Shown here in pieces: positions 9,027-18,889 of a stretch of DNA of 64,000 nt (position 1 is the stretch's first letter; every line of letters starts with the position of its first letter). The stretch comes from a virus (Duplodnaviria > Caudoviricetes), in the IMG/VR virus record IMGVR_UViG_3300025868_000003, positions 7,340-71,339 of that record; one strand, 5' to 3'. The notes under the pieces are model-generated. The model was not told the DNA's origin and did no database searches. It was given only the letters and a program-made list of their open reading frames with translations. The position numbers were made by a program, and so were the translations under genes.

Positions 9027-10274
9027 TTACAGTCCGTACAGCTCCATGGACTTAGTAGTGACCAGTTCAGCAGCTTTTTCGAAGTCAACACCAGCGTCAA
9101 CCAAGGCTTCAAAAGCAGCCTTCTTTTCACGGGTCAGAGCATATGCACCACCACCGATAGCAGCAGCAGCTGCAGCAGCTTGGGCAATACGATTACCAGC
9201 GATAGATTGCATAGCAAAACGGGGAGACTTACCTAGACTACCTACCGCACCCCTAAGGTTAGAGGCCTCTGACTTAATAGCGGAGGAGAATAGGCCAGAC
9301 TTAGCTTTAGCTTTTTCTGCTAAGGCAGCAATATCTTCTTTAACCTTGCCGGGTAGAGCTTTTAGACCAGCTTTACGGCTACCAGCACCGAGTTGTCCAT
9401 CACCAAAGTTACGACCACCAGTGGCAATACTCTTCACGGTAGCTCCAGTACCAGCTTCTTTGATCAGATCTACAGCAGTTTCAAAGTCAAAACCTTGACC
9501 AACCAGTTCGCTAACAGCGGCTTGCTTGATTTGTGCGTCTTCTTCGATACAAAGAGCCTCTTCAGCTTCCTTAACCAGATCCACAGCGGAATCAAAGTCC
9601 AGACCATTTTCAACTAAAGTGATAACAGCAGCCATCTTCTCTTGAGACTCATCAGCGTGACCTTGAGCAGTAGTGCCTTGATCAACAGCAGCACCTTCAC
9701 CAGCAGAAGCGCCAGCAGATTGTGTTTGGTCATAAGCAGTTGCGCCTTCACCCATTGCGTCAGCAACGATTGCATCAAAGATTTGGTTCACGGAACCACC
9801 ATTACCTGCACCATCGGTACCAGGAACAGCTTGGATCTTAGCGTCGTCTTGTGCTTTCATTTCAGCGTTATCAACGATATTCTTTTGTGGGACAGTACCT
9901 GGGGTAACGCCGTTTTCAGTGATGACATCACCAGCAGAAGCCAGTTTAGTCAGGATTGCATCGGCCAAAGCCTTGCCAGCTACAGAAGCTTGTTTGCTCA
10001 TTTCAGTATTTTCCTTATTGTTAGTTGCTACTTTTTCCAGAATTTCTTTAGCTAAGTCAGCTCCTTGATCAGATGCAGACTTCTCTTGACCTTCTTTCTT
10101 TTTGGCTTTAGCTTTTTCAGCTTCAGCTTCACTGGTTTCACCAGAATCCTTTTTCTCCGACTCTTTAGCGTCTTCTTTCTTGTCGGCTGCAGAACCTTCG
10201 GTTTCAGCGTCAGAAGCTTGCTTCTCAATTGTAGCCAGAAGGTCTTCTAAAGTGAAGTTATCGTTTTTACTCAT
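9027..10274 (-). CDS. Putative prohead scaffolding/core protein
   Basis: Acidic and Ala-rich; about 10 K-x-A sites (EKQAS, EKSAS, EKVAT, SKQAS, TKLAS, EKMAA, VKEAE, IKQAA, IKEAG, EKKAA); directly downstream of the protease. Confidence 0.7.
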   Translation of the reverse strand: MSKNDNFTLEDLLATIEKQASDAETEGSAADKKEDAKESEKKDSGETSEAEAEKAKAKKKEGQEKSASDQGADLAKEILEKVATNNKENTEMSKQASVAGKALADAILTKLASAGDVITENGVTPGTVPQKNIVDNAEMKAQDDAKIQAVPGTDGAGNGGSVNQIFDAIVADAMGEGATAYDQTQSAGASAGEGAAVDQGTTAQGHADESQEKMAAVITLVENGLDFDSAVDLVKEAEEALCIEEDAQIKQAAVSELVGQGFDFETAVDLIKEAGTGATVKSIATGGRNFGDGQLGAGSRKAGLKALPGKVKEDIAALAEKAKAKSGLFSSAIKSEASNLRGAVGSLGKSPRFAMQSIAGNRIAQAAAAAAAIGGGAYALTREKKAAFEALVDAGVDFEKAAELVTTKSMELYGL

Positions 10275-10346
10275 GTTGAAAGTTTTCCTTATAGTTTAGA
10301 TACGGTATTGAATTGTATCTTTTTAGTAATTCTTCGTCAACCTGTA

Positions 10347-11858
10347 TTAACCCTTCTTTAGACATTTAACCATCGCAGCCTTAGCTAGACGATGAGTTAA
10401 CCTGTAATCAGAAGCAGATTTAACTAGTACTATTTTAACACCATTTCCAGAGTGAGGTAAAGCTTCCCTAATTTTCTGTCCAATTATCCTGGTGATAAAC
10501 CATTTAGCAGCTAACGCCGCTCCCCCTACTGCTAGTAACGTGTTAAGTACACTATTACCCTGTTTCCCTTCATTTGCTGCTTGCCACATTTCGAAGGGAG
10601 TTTTTTGGATCTTAGGCCCATTACCTATATATCCTATATTAGTATTATAATGCCTCCCTTGAAAATCATCACGTTCTCTACTGTTGTCGAATATGAAAGC
10701 ACGCTTTTCTACGAATTCTGGAAGCATAGAGCTACCAAGCAATTCAGGAGCAAACAACTTAAGTATAGATGCCTGTGGACTATTTACCGTCTCAGACATC
10801 TCCTTAGGCACGGCTATCTTAGAAGGATCAACCTGGTGCGCTATAGAGGCTATGGTAGGCCCTGAGCCACTCATGTGATCTCCTACTAGCTTGACGGCTA
10901 TTAACTCCCCTAAGAAGACCAGAGAGGGGCTAATGCCTAGATGACCTAATGCGTACAGGATGTCATTAAGCTTGAAATTTTTTAGTATAGGAATCAGTTC
11001 TAACTTAGGGTCTTTTGTTTTAGCTAAAAGTTTGTCCAGCTCAGGATCAGCATCTACAACTATACCATCGTCAATCTGCTTAATAAGATCAGCTAGCTTA
11101 CTAAGGTCAGCTTGCTTATCCATAGCATCATCAGTCAAGCCTTCAATTTCTGCTAGCTCAGCTGAAGACTGGACTTGTGATAAGGAGTCGTCGCTTGCCA
11201 CCTTTTGCATCACAGCAGACGTAGAATCAGCTGGGATCCGTACTATACTCTGGTCAAAGAACCTTAAAGGGGCTGTGTTTAAGGCCATTACCTTACGTCC
11301 GTCACTATACATCTTACCGAGCTCATTACGTAGATGAGTACAATACTCCTGGCGAGTATGAGCCCTATTATGGCAAATAGAGCATTCATCAAAAGCGGTC
11401 CTGCATGCCATACTAGTAGAGGGGAAGTCTCCAGATTCTATACGCTCTACTATGTCACGACCTTTAACTTTATCTATGCTTGCTACTAGCTCCACCCTCC
11501 TCATGTTGGGGTTGTACGTAGAAAATATTACCTTGCCTATAGCTATTTCAGGCCGCTTATTCACATGGTCTCGAAATATATGTGCCGGGGAAGTGACGAA
11601 GGTGTGGTGGTATTCAATGAGATTACTCTCAGGAAAAAAATCTCCATTTTTATTACCCCCATAGAATTCACCGGCCCCCATAGCTAAAATGTGGACGTAT
11701 ATACTAGTACTGTCAGGGTTCAGTTTGGAAACAAACTCATTAATCTCGGAATAGGCTGCAGATTTTTCCAACCCTAACCTAGTCTTATTAAGGTCCAGTA
11801 TAGTTATGGTAGGCTCATCTTCGTGGAAGAAAGACGCTGAGTCAATAAGTTTATACAT
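10347..11858 (-). CDS. Prohead maturation protease (HK97/assemblin-like) with C-terminal extension
   Basis: NKNGDFFP, FRDH (His), PSTSMAC (Ser), CSICHN..CTH, FFDQSIV.PAD; own K-x-A sites (EKSAA, QKVAS, DKQAD, EKRAF, VKSAS). Confidence 0.8.
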   Translation of the reverse strand: MYKLIDSASFFHEDEPTITILDLNKTRLGLEKSAAYSEINEFVSKLNPDSTSIYVHILAMGAGEFYGGNKNGDFFPESNLIEYHHTFVTSPAHIFRDHVNKRPEIAIGKVIFSTYNPNMRRVELVASIDKVKGRDIVERIESGDFPSTSMACRTAFDECSICHNRAHTRQEYCTHLRNELGKMYSDGRKVMALNTAPLRFFDQSIVRIPADSTSAVMQKVASDDSLSQVQSSAELAEIEGLTDDAMDKQADLSKLADLIKQIDDGIVVDADPELDKLLAKTKDPKLELIPILKNFKLNDILYALGHLGISPSLVFLGELIAVKLVGDHMSGSGPTIASIAHQVDPSKIAVPKEMSETVNSPQASILKLFAPELLGSSMLPEFVEKRAFIFDNSRERDDFQGRHYNTNIGYIGNGPKIQKTPFEMWQAANEGKQGNSVLNTLLAVGGAALAAKWFITRIIGQKIREALPHSGNGVKIVLVKSASDYRLTHRLAKAAMVKCLKKG

Positions 11859-12114
11859 TTTTCATTTCACTTTCTTTGAAGGCCTTAACCAAGGCTTTGG
11901 GTTCAGGGGTTATCTCTGGCATGTCAGGCCATACCTTATTATTCTTACTTATGTTATCTAGTGCCGTTATTATGCTACCACTTCTATTCTTACTACCCTT
12001 AAAACTGATTAGAGGTAAGTCTTTACCACAATGCTTACACGTCTTCAGGCCATCAGGATACTCCCAATGTCCACATGCACCACGCCTATGGTCGGTTACC
12101 CAAATCCCAGCCAT
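11851..12114 (-). pseudogene. Internally deleted HNH endonuclease remnant (open frame)
   Basis: KTCKHCGKDLPLISF and ...KNNKVWPDMPEIT match the two ends of the intact HNH at 12552-13190; the catalytic core is absent. Confidence 0.7.
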
Positions 12115-12374
12115 TATTTACTCACTATCTCAGCCTTAGGCAACTTCTTCAAGTTCCTATTAATAGACTTGAGAGTCTCAAGACTCTGCTCTTCCAGCTT
12201 CTGTTTCTTTTTAGCGGAGTAGTTAGTCTCACCAGCATTCAGGGTACGGGAAGTACCCATAGCAAGCCCAGTAGCACCCATACCAAATCCCAATAAGTCT
12301 AGTACGTCTCGCTCTTTTCTACCGTTAAACTTAGGTAGTGACAAGGCAGCAATTTTTTCTAAGTACTTATTCAT
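12114..12374 (-). CDS. Small NKYLEKIA-leader protein
   Basis: MNKYLEKIA; LLGFGMGATGLAMG helix. Confidence 0.75.
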   Translation of the reverse strand: MNKYLEKIAALSLPKFNGRKERDVLDLLGFGMGATGLAMGTSRTLNAGETNYSAKKKQKLEEQSLETLKSINRNLKKLPKAEIVSK

Positions 12375-12559
12375 ATGCTCTTTATGCCTAATTTCTGATT
12401 ATGCAAAGTTAAACCTGAGTTAGCTTTAATAGTGCTACCGATAGGTTTCTTCTTTATGGTCTTACCTAGAGTATTAAAAATAGAGGGGTTAGTTATACTG
12501 GATTTGAATACGTTCAACCCAGGCAGTCCAGCTATTTTATCAAGGTATATGTTACTCAT
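12371..12559 (-). CDS. Small basic protein with NIYLDKIA leader
   Basis: MSNIYLDKIA start at 12559. Confidence 0.65.
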   Translation of the reverse strand: MSNIYLDKIAGLPGLNVFKSSITNPSIFNTLGKTIKKKPIGSTIKANSGLTLHNQKLGIKSI

Positions 12560-13190
12560 TATTAACATCCAATTTAAATGATTTTACCATAGCTTTTAAT
12601 TCTAATGTTATTTCTGACATATCTGGCCAATGTAAGTTATTCTTTTTAAGGTTCTCTACCGCCTCTATAACTCTCAGGTTATGTTCACTATGGAAACCAC
12701 AAACGTAGTCTGATCTAAGGGGAACAATGTGGTCTACATGGTATATATTACCTGTATCCACGGTTTTATTATAAGCCTCTATATACAACTGCTTTATTAA
12801 TAATTCATCAGCCCATAAGACGTTGGCTTGACGTTCAGATGCTATACGGCGTACTTTAGACCGTTTAACTACATGTGGATTCCTACGGTTATATGCCCTA
12901 CCTACTGCCCTACGTCTTTCTTTCTGCTCTTCAGTTTCAGGAGAATCTTTTGTTTTATCATAGTACCTTTTATATGCCGCCCTAGATTTGTCCCTATTAT
13001 TTCTAGCCCACTCTACCTTACGTATTGTTTCACAAGGCTTACATCTACCACTATAGGTGGTACCGCCACTCTTAGTCTTATATTCATAGAAACTAGAAAT
13101 AGGTAGAAGATTTTCACACCCTACGCATATTTTTGATTCCTTAACGTGTATCGGCCTAGCATCTTCTCCAGTAGAGAAGCCTATATTCAT
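12552..13190 (-). mobile_element. HNH homing endonuclease
   Basis: N-terminal CxxC/CxxC; YHVDHIVPL..VCGFHSEHNL..IEAVENLKKNN. Confidence 0.85.
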
Positions 13191-13729
13191 AGAAAGGTCT
13201 TAGGGCTGAAAGAGGTACTATCTTTATATCTAGCCTCTAGGTCTACTAGAGTTTTTATGGTTAGAGGATCTAAGCCCTCCCCCTGTATACAGTTCGCCAG
13301 AATAGAACTCATTATATTAGGATCAGTAGCCACGCGGGGGGAAAACTTAAAGATCGTATTTCCGTATTGTATCACTTTTTCTCTATTAGCATCACGTAGT
13401 AATGGGTTAGTAGAAATAGCTTGTTGTAAAGCCGCCATGTACTTATTATGGAGTGCACCATTGTTAATAGAATTGGCAGCCATTCCTATAATGCCTACTC
13501 CACCAGCGATAGCAGCACCACCAAGACCCTTACCCATACCCTCCATCATGGATGGCATGAAGCCATGGGAACTCCCCCCGTCCCTAGTTTCAATACGAGT
13601 TGCAAACTGGCTCTTAACCGAATCCCAAATTCCCGCCTCTTTGGCAAAACCCTCAGTAAACTCAGTAGCTTTTTGTTGATCACCGGCAAACTTCTCCAGG
13701 CCCATTGCGTATACATTATCTAGTTTCAT
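13187..13729 (-). CDS. Putative internal head protein with K-x-A sites and Gly zipper
   Basis: Probable start MKLDNV at 13729; EKFAG, AKEAG; GLGGAAIAGGVGIIG. Confidence 0.65.
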   Translation of the reverse strand: MKLDNVYAMGLEKFAGDQQKATEFTEGFAKEAGIWDSVKSQFATRIETRDGGSSHGFMPSMMEGMGKGLGGAAIAGGVGIIGMAANSINNGALHNKYMAALQQAISTNPLLRDANREKVIQYGNTIFKFSPRVATDPNIMSSILANCIQGEGLDPLTIKTLVDLEARYKDSTSFSPKTFL

Positions 13730-13748
13730 TACTTTTCCTTTGGTTGAA

Positions 13749-14819
13749 TTAATATGGACCTGTATGGACCATTTGGTGATATATATCTTTTTCTCTACCT
13801 GGCTGATACATAAGTGCATCACCCCCAGCTAGAGCAGTACTTCCTGCTACCCCAGCTATACCAAGCTTCTTAGGAGTAGATAACTTCTTACCTACAGGTC
13901 TAGTCATGTCGATAGCTGAGTTCTTTAAGTTAGTAGCGGTATTTTTAAATCCTCTGCCGATAGCCTTACCTGGTATTGCAATGGCCTTACCTGCTAAGTA
14001 GCCTAAGCCCTTAGACAGCGCCCCTAGAAAAGACTGCTTAGTCAATTCTGCTTGTTTATGTAACTCTGTACGTTTCTCAACTTCTGCTTGTAGGACATTA
14101 GCTTTTTTAGTTAGCTCAACGACTTGCTTAGCCACCTTAAGGTCAGCCTCTTTGAAGATGAACGAACCCTGCACCTGAGATTCTACACCAGCAACCTTTT
14201 CGATACCAGTCTCAGAAACTCCCAGCATCTCCAGTTTAATAGAGGCCTTAGGATCACGAGCTAGTACAGACGCAGCTTTCTCAAGAGAGTCCTTAGTGAC
14301 TATTAGGTCATCAGTGGCACGAGACAGGAGGTGTTTATTCTCAGCTGCCATCTTGGTTAGGAGGTAAAACATCTCGGTTGGAGATTGGATGGTGATGTTG
14401 GTTTGGTCTAGTTCGGCAGAGGCTTGTTTAGTCATCCGGGCTCTAGATTCGGCTAAGTCACCTTCAATATCAATCCTGCGCATAGAAGTAGTAACTTCTC
14501 CATTAACCAATCTTACTTCAGTGTGGAACTTAGGTACGGCAGAAGCTACTTTCTCGATGTTAGGCAGAGTAATATGAGCCATGACTTCTGCAGTCTTGCA
14601 TAGTGGGAACTCAATAGTGCGATCCTCAGCCACTTTTACCAGTTTTAGGTAGCAGATGCTGTTAGTGGCCTCAACGGCACGCTGAATCTGCTCCGAATTT
14701 AATTCATAAGCAGCAGCCTGTTTAGCCAGACCTTCGCTTAGAGGAACGTGGTCATTCAGAAACCCTTCTACGGTTTTAACCGAGATGGTCTGAAGTTGTT
14801 CTGTTGTTATTGATGGCAT
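13749..14819 (-). CDS. Putative internal head/core protein with about 10 K-x-A sites
   Basis: AKQAA, VKVAE, CKTAE, EKVAS, TKQAS, TKMAA, EKAAS, EKVAG, FKEAD, HKQAE; cationic and hydrophobic C-terminus. Confidence 0.65.
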   Translation of the reverse strand: MPSITTEQLQTISVKTVEGFLNDHVPLSEGLAKQAAAYELNSEQIQRAVEATNSICYLKLVKVAEDRTIEFPLCKTAEVMAHITLPNIEKVASAVPKFHTEVRLVNGEVTTSMRRIDIEGDLAESRARMTKQASAELDQTNITIQSPTEMFYLLTKMAAENKHLLSRATDDLIVTKDSLEKAASVLARDPKASIKLEMLGVSETGIEKVAGVESQVQGSFIFKEADLKVAKQVVELTKKANVLQAEVEKRTELHKQAELTKQSFLGALSKGLGYLAGKAIAIPGKAIGRGFKNTATNLKNSAIDMTRPVGKKLSTPKKLGIAGVAGSTALAGGDALMYQPGREKDIYHQMVHTGPY

Positions 14820-14857
14820 CTTGCATCCTCATAATTATATGGTTATTTTAAGTCAGT

Positions 14858-15325
14858 CTACTTCTTAGGTGGCAAGTGATTTAGTATGGCATCTAAAGAT
14901 TTTTCTGCACTACCGCCAGGGACATGCGCATACGTTCTATCTTTATGTCCAGCACTCCTATGTATGGAGTTAATGGCGTCCCTGTCCACCAGTTCTGGGT
15001 GGCTATTATATCTTTTAAGTTTGGAAAGTCCTCCCGATACCGCACCTACTGCGGCACCCGCTAAACCTAACTTTAACCCCATCTTAGTTTTGCTAGGCAT
15101 TACTCCGCCACCTATAACTGCCCCCAGTCCTGCTCCTGCAGCCCCGAGTATTCCACCGCTGGTTAAAGCTCCTCTACGTATTCCAGAGTTTTTCTGGTCT
15201 CTATGCAATCTATCGTAGGATGATTTATCACTAATCCTAATGACCCCTGACTCATTATGGTACTGTATACCAGGCCTTACCTCACTCCATTTAGCGATCT
15301 TCTCTAAATATTTATTTTCACTCAT
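14858..15325 (-). CDS. NKYLEKIA-leader protein with double Gly zipper
   Basis: MSENKYLEKIA; GGILGAAGAGLGAVIGGG and GLAGAAVGAVSGG. Confidence 0.75.
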   Translation of the reverse strand: MSENKYLEKIAKWSEVRPGIQYHNESGVIRISDKSSYDRLHRDQKNSGIRRGALTSGGILGAAGAGLGAVIGGGVMPSKTKMGLKLGLAGAAVGAVSGGLSKLKRYNSHPELVDRDAINSIHRSAGHKDRTYAHVPGGSAEKSLDAILNHLPPKK

Positions 15326-16044
15326 GATAAACTTTCTATACTTTCAAACGTCATTTTCTCAGGTAGAGTTATATCTACCGGTTCATTCTTTTGTGCAAAC
15401 TCTTCTATCACCTGATCTAATTTATCTAACCCTTGAAAGTCCGGAATGACCTCTCTGAGTGCCATTTCTAGGTCGGCACGGGCCGCCTGAGAATCTAAAA
15501 TCCAAATTTTCAAAAGTCGTGCCAGGTCCATACTGAGTTTCACCCACTTTGTCGACTCACGGCTCGAGTCGCTTACGTTACCGCTAAACAGGGCCTCTTT
15601 AGACTTGAAGATACAAGTACTAAACAGATCTTTAAGACCCTCAACAGGAGAGATGCTAACCTTGTTACCTAGACGCCAAGATACAAATTCCAAGCCCTGA
15701 CTTAGGGCCCAAGTCTTCATACCCTTTTCAGCCTGGTCGGGAATATCTAACAGCTCTAACTTAGATAGCTTATCTAAATCTGTAACGTTGTAGAAAATGT
15801 CACGATACATGGTAACTAAGTCTAGTGGTAGCTCCAGTAATTCAGAAATCTGAAGCATATCTTTACTGGCTAGAAGGGAGGATTCTAGATAGTTTTTCTT
15901 AGTGGGAGACTTATGTAATTCCAAGCTTTGTTTATACAGCTTGAAGTCTATTGAGTCTGCAGAAGCCAGTATGGCGTCGACTATGGGGTCAACGCCAACT
16001 GTTTTATTATTGATTAATGAGGCTCTAAGTTTTGGATTCTCCAT
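15322..16044 (-). CDS. Hypothetical protein
   Basis: 240-aa ORF, tightly packed in the structural operon. Confidence 0.7.
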   Translation of the reverse strand: MENPKLRASLINNKTVGVDPIVDAILASADSIDFKLYKQSLELHKSPTKKNYLESSLLASKDMLQISELLELPLDLVTMYRDIFYNVTDLDKLSKLELLDIPDQAEKGMKTWALSQGLEFVSWRLGNKVSISPVEGLKDLFSTCIFKSKEALFSGNVSDSSRESTKWVKLSMDLARLLKIWILDSQAARADLEMALREVIPDFQGLDKLDQVIEEFAQKNEPVDITLPEKMTFESIESLS

Positions 16045-16062
16045 GCCATGATGAGTATTTAG

Positions 16063-17979
16063 TTATTTACTACCGGCTTTAACTTTAGAGCCGGCCTCCT
16101 CTGGCTTCATTGCTATCATCTCCTCCAGTTTCATATAGTTATCACCTAACATACGATAGACTGCTTTTAGATTAGCTAAGAACGCAAATACATTATCTGA
16201 GTCATTACCATCAGCGAGCTTCTCAATATTCACCCTGGATAATAGCAAAATACGACCTAGTCTGTCAATGCACTCTTCTATGTCTGGGAGATACTCACTA
16301 ATCATCTCAAACATATCTGGGGTTTGTAATAGCTCAGAGATAATCGTAGCTTCAACAGATTGAGCATCATTAGTCTTTAGAGCACTCTGTACATTAGGTA
16401 CAAAAGACCCATTCAAACCTGGTTTAGGCTGAGAAGGTAGCTGAGCACCATACTGAGGAATCTCGGCTGGAGCAGCAGCCTCAGCAGCAGACTTAGATAG
16501 ATATATTTTTACGAATCTATTTTCCCTAGCTTGCTTAATGAAGTGCGCGGCTTGAACAGGATCTATACCCTCTTCAACTACCAACCGCTTCATTACATTA
16601 GCTTCTTTACCCATAGGTTTACGGCCTATGAAGAATTCGATGCCATCAAATCCTACATCTACTTGATGACCTAGTAAGCTACCGGCTTCGCTGATTTCAC
16701 GCTTCTTAAATGCGGAGTTAACGCTCTTCTCCATGTTCCCCGTTACATCCTTACCTAGCATAAGGACTAGCGATGCATACGGAACATACAATTCATTGCG
16801 ATGTCTATCTGAGGTATCCAGCATGCAAGAACCAGCGAAGTTTCTATATGCATGGATACGAACTGTGGAGAAATTTCCAGACAGAGCTGTTGCAGATATT
16901 TCTACTCCTAAGTTATTAATGCTTACGTCACTAGCCTTAAATACCCCTATCAGCTCTGAGTTAGTGGTGATAAGAGCAAACGTAGCATCCCTAGTTAGAT
17001 CCTTAGGCAACACAGGTGGAGTAAAATCGAATAGGGAAGTTAATACAGCCTTGCGGTTTTTTATATCACCAACACTGATGAAATTATTACCAATAGCATA
17101 ATCTCCATTAGTGAAGATAGCCACGGCTGAACCGGGAGTATTCCCCGAGCAGTCATACCTTTTACGACGGAAATCGACTATTTGTTTAGGAATAAATGCT
17201 TCACGAGAATTCCCGTTAGCAAGCATTAGTTCATAGTCTCTATCACCATCCAAATTGGACACTTGAGTAAATGATCCTGACTTATTATAATCTAGATGTG
17301 ATACTGCAACCTTAGAAGTCGTAGGAGCGCCTTGTACAACATAGCCTACATCCAGAACTGTCTGGATTTCAGAGTCTGTCATCTTTGTACTTGGTACATC
17401 TAGGATGGAAACAGGTGCTTGGTTAGTTACAGCAGCTAACCCACCTGGGGCAGCTTTAAGATGATCAAAGATATCCTTTAGGTTAAACAGGCTGTGTAGA
17501 TTCTCATACATCGACTGTTCAGCAGCAATCTTCTCAATAGTAAAACTCTTAAGAGAGTTAGGCATAGATGACAAGAAGTCACCGAGTCTACTAGAGGATG
17601 CATATACGAACTTACCAGTCCTAGGAGGATTGATGAGCTGAGACAGATCTGGGTTCTTAGTTACAGTATCCGGAATCTTGGTAGCCTTACCTGGTACATT
17701 CTGAGAAATACTAGAGATAAGGTTAAGAGTCTTGCGCGTCAATGGGAAGAACTTCCCTTTAGACGAGATAAAAATAGAGTCTATTGGATAGACGTTGTCA
17801 CCCTTGGATACAGTAGGTACAAACATATACTCTGTTCCGGCTTTAAGAATAAAGATACCTACTTGAACCCCATTATCGTCTGACAGTTCTTCAGATACAT
17901 CTTTAAATGTAACTATGTAATTTCCCAGTTCTGGCAAAGTCTGTAAAAGTTTAGCCAGAGCGATATCGTAGAACTCCAT
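16063..17979 (-). CDS. Large hypothetical virion protein
   Basis: 638 aa; EKIAA and SKSAA sites; GAGG ribosome-binding site; in the head module. Confidence 0.65.
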   Translation of the reverse strand: MEFYDIALAKLLQTLPELGNYIVTFKDVSEELSDDNGVQVGIFILKAGTEYMFVPTVSKGDNVYPIDSIFISSKGKFFPLTRKTLNLISSISQNVPGKATKIPDTVTKNPDLSQLINPPRTGKFVYASSSRLGDFLSSMPNSLKSFTIEKIAAEQSMYENLHSLFNLKDIFDHLKAAPGGLAAVTNQAPVSILDVPSTKMTDSEIQTVLDVGYVVQGAPTTSKVAVSHLDYNKSGSFTQVSNLDGDRDYELMLANGNSREAFIPKQIVDFRRKRYDCSGNTPGSAVAIFTNGDYAIGNNFISVGDIKNRKAVLTSLFDFTPPVLPKDLTRDATFALITTNSELIGVFKASDVSINNLGVEISATALSGNFSTVRIHAYRNFAGSCMLDTSDRHRNELYVPYASLVLMLGKDVTGNMEKSVNSAFKKREISEAGSLLGHQVDVGFDGIEFFIGRKPMGKEANVMKRLVVEEGIDPVQAAHFIKQARENRFVKIYLSKSAAEAAAPAEIPQYGAQLPSQPKPGLNGSFVPNVQSALKTNDAQSVEATIISELLQTPDMFEMISEYLPDIEECIDRLGRILLLSRVNIEKLADGNDSDNVFAFLANLKAVYRMLGDNYMKLEEMIAMKPEEAGSKVKAGSK

Positions 17980-18040
17980 TAAATATCCTCTATAAATGTA
18001 TATGACTGTATTTTAACGCAGTATCTGTTTGCTGTAAAGG

Positions 18041-18889
18041 TTAAGCTGTACAACCTAGGGCTTTTCTAGTAGTTTCTGTTAGGCTAACTATAGCAGGAGC
18101 TTCATTAGTCAGCACCTCAAAGGATGATGATACTAAATTACTACCAAACCCATTAGCCTCTCTATAATTAGGACCCACTATCGAAGCGACGTATCCTGCT
18201 GCAGTACTACCAACTTTATCCTTACCACCATATCCTAGATACGATCCCATGGCTACCAGTAATCTACTATGATTAATATATTCAGTGCCATTAAAAGACC
18301 TGTACCATCTCACACCGTCTTTATATCTAAGCACATTATGCCACTTATCATTCAGGATAATTAACCCAGACATTATTTGGTTAGTTAAGATGTCATCCGT
18401 AAATTCTTTACCATTAACACCCATTACCTTACCTATTGAGTCTCCAGGGTTTATTGTTAACCTCACTGCCCAGGATGCATCAAACCCATACTTCAACACT
18501 AGTCTCTCTATTTCACATTGTGTGGTGGAGCTCCAAGGGGATATTCCCCTAACATGGTTGTAACCCATGCTTTGAGCTAACCCATATGCCTTGGTACATT
18601 CATTAATATTGGCAGTTAAATTTACATCGTTAAGTTTAGTTACCTGTACCACCTTAGGATGTAATAGGAACCTACCGGCTGCATTACCAGGGGTAGTACC
18701 AGAAGTATCTGGACCGGTATTATCTGGATGCATTGAGCTCTCTTTTCTCATTAGAGCCATGAACATATTCTCTAAGTCTGTCTCCTTACTAACCATCCCT
18801 TGGAATCTGCTATTTTTAAGGAGATAGCGTAGTATGTCTCTTATTTTTTCATACTCTCTAGGGCTCTTACCTGGTACTCTAGTAGCCAT
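18041..18889 (-). CDS. Putative lytic transglycosylase/lysozyme-fold protein
   Basis: ALMRKESS (catalytic Glu-Ser), YGLAQ, AMGSYLG; translationally coupled to the beta' C-terminal gene. Confidence 0.5.
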   Translation of the reverse strand: MATRVPGKSPREYEKIRDILRYLLKNSRFQGMVSKETDLENMFMALMRKESSMHPDNTGPDTSGTTPGNAAGRFLLHPKVVQVTKLNDVNLTANINECTKAYGLAQSMGYNHVRGISPWSSTTQCEIERLVLKYGFDASWAVRLTINPGDSIGKVMGVNGKEFTDDILTNQIMSGLIILNDKWHNVLRYKDGVRWYRSFNGTEYINHSRLLVAMGSYLGYGGKDKVGSTAAGYVASIVGPNYREANGFGSNLVSSSFEVLTNEAPAIVSLTETTRKALGCTA

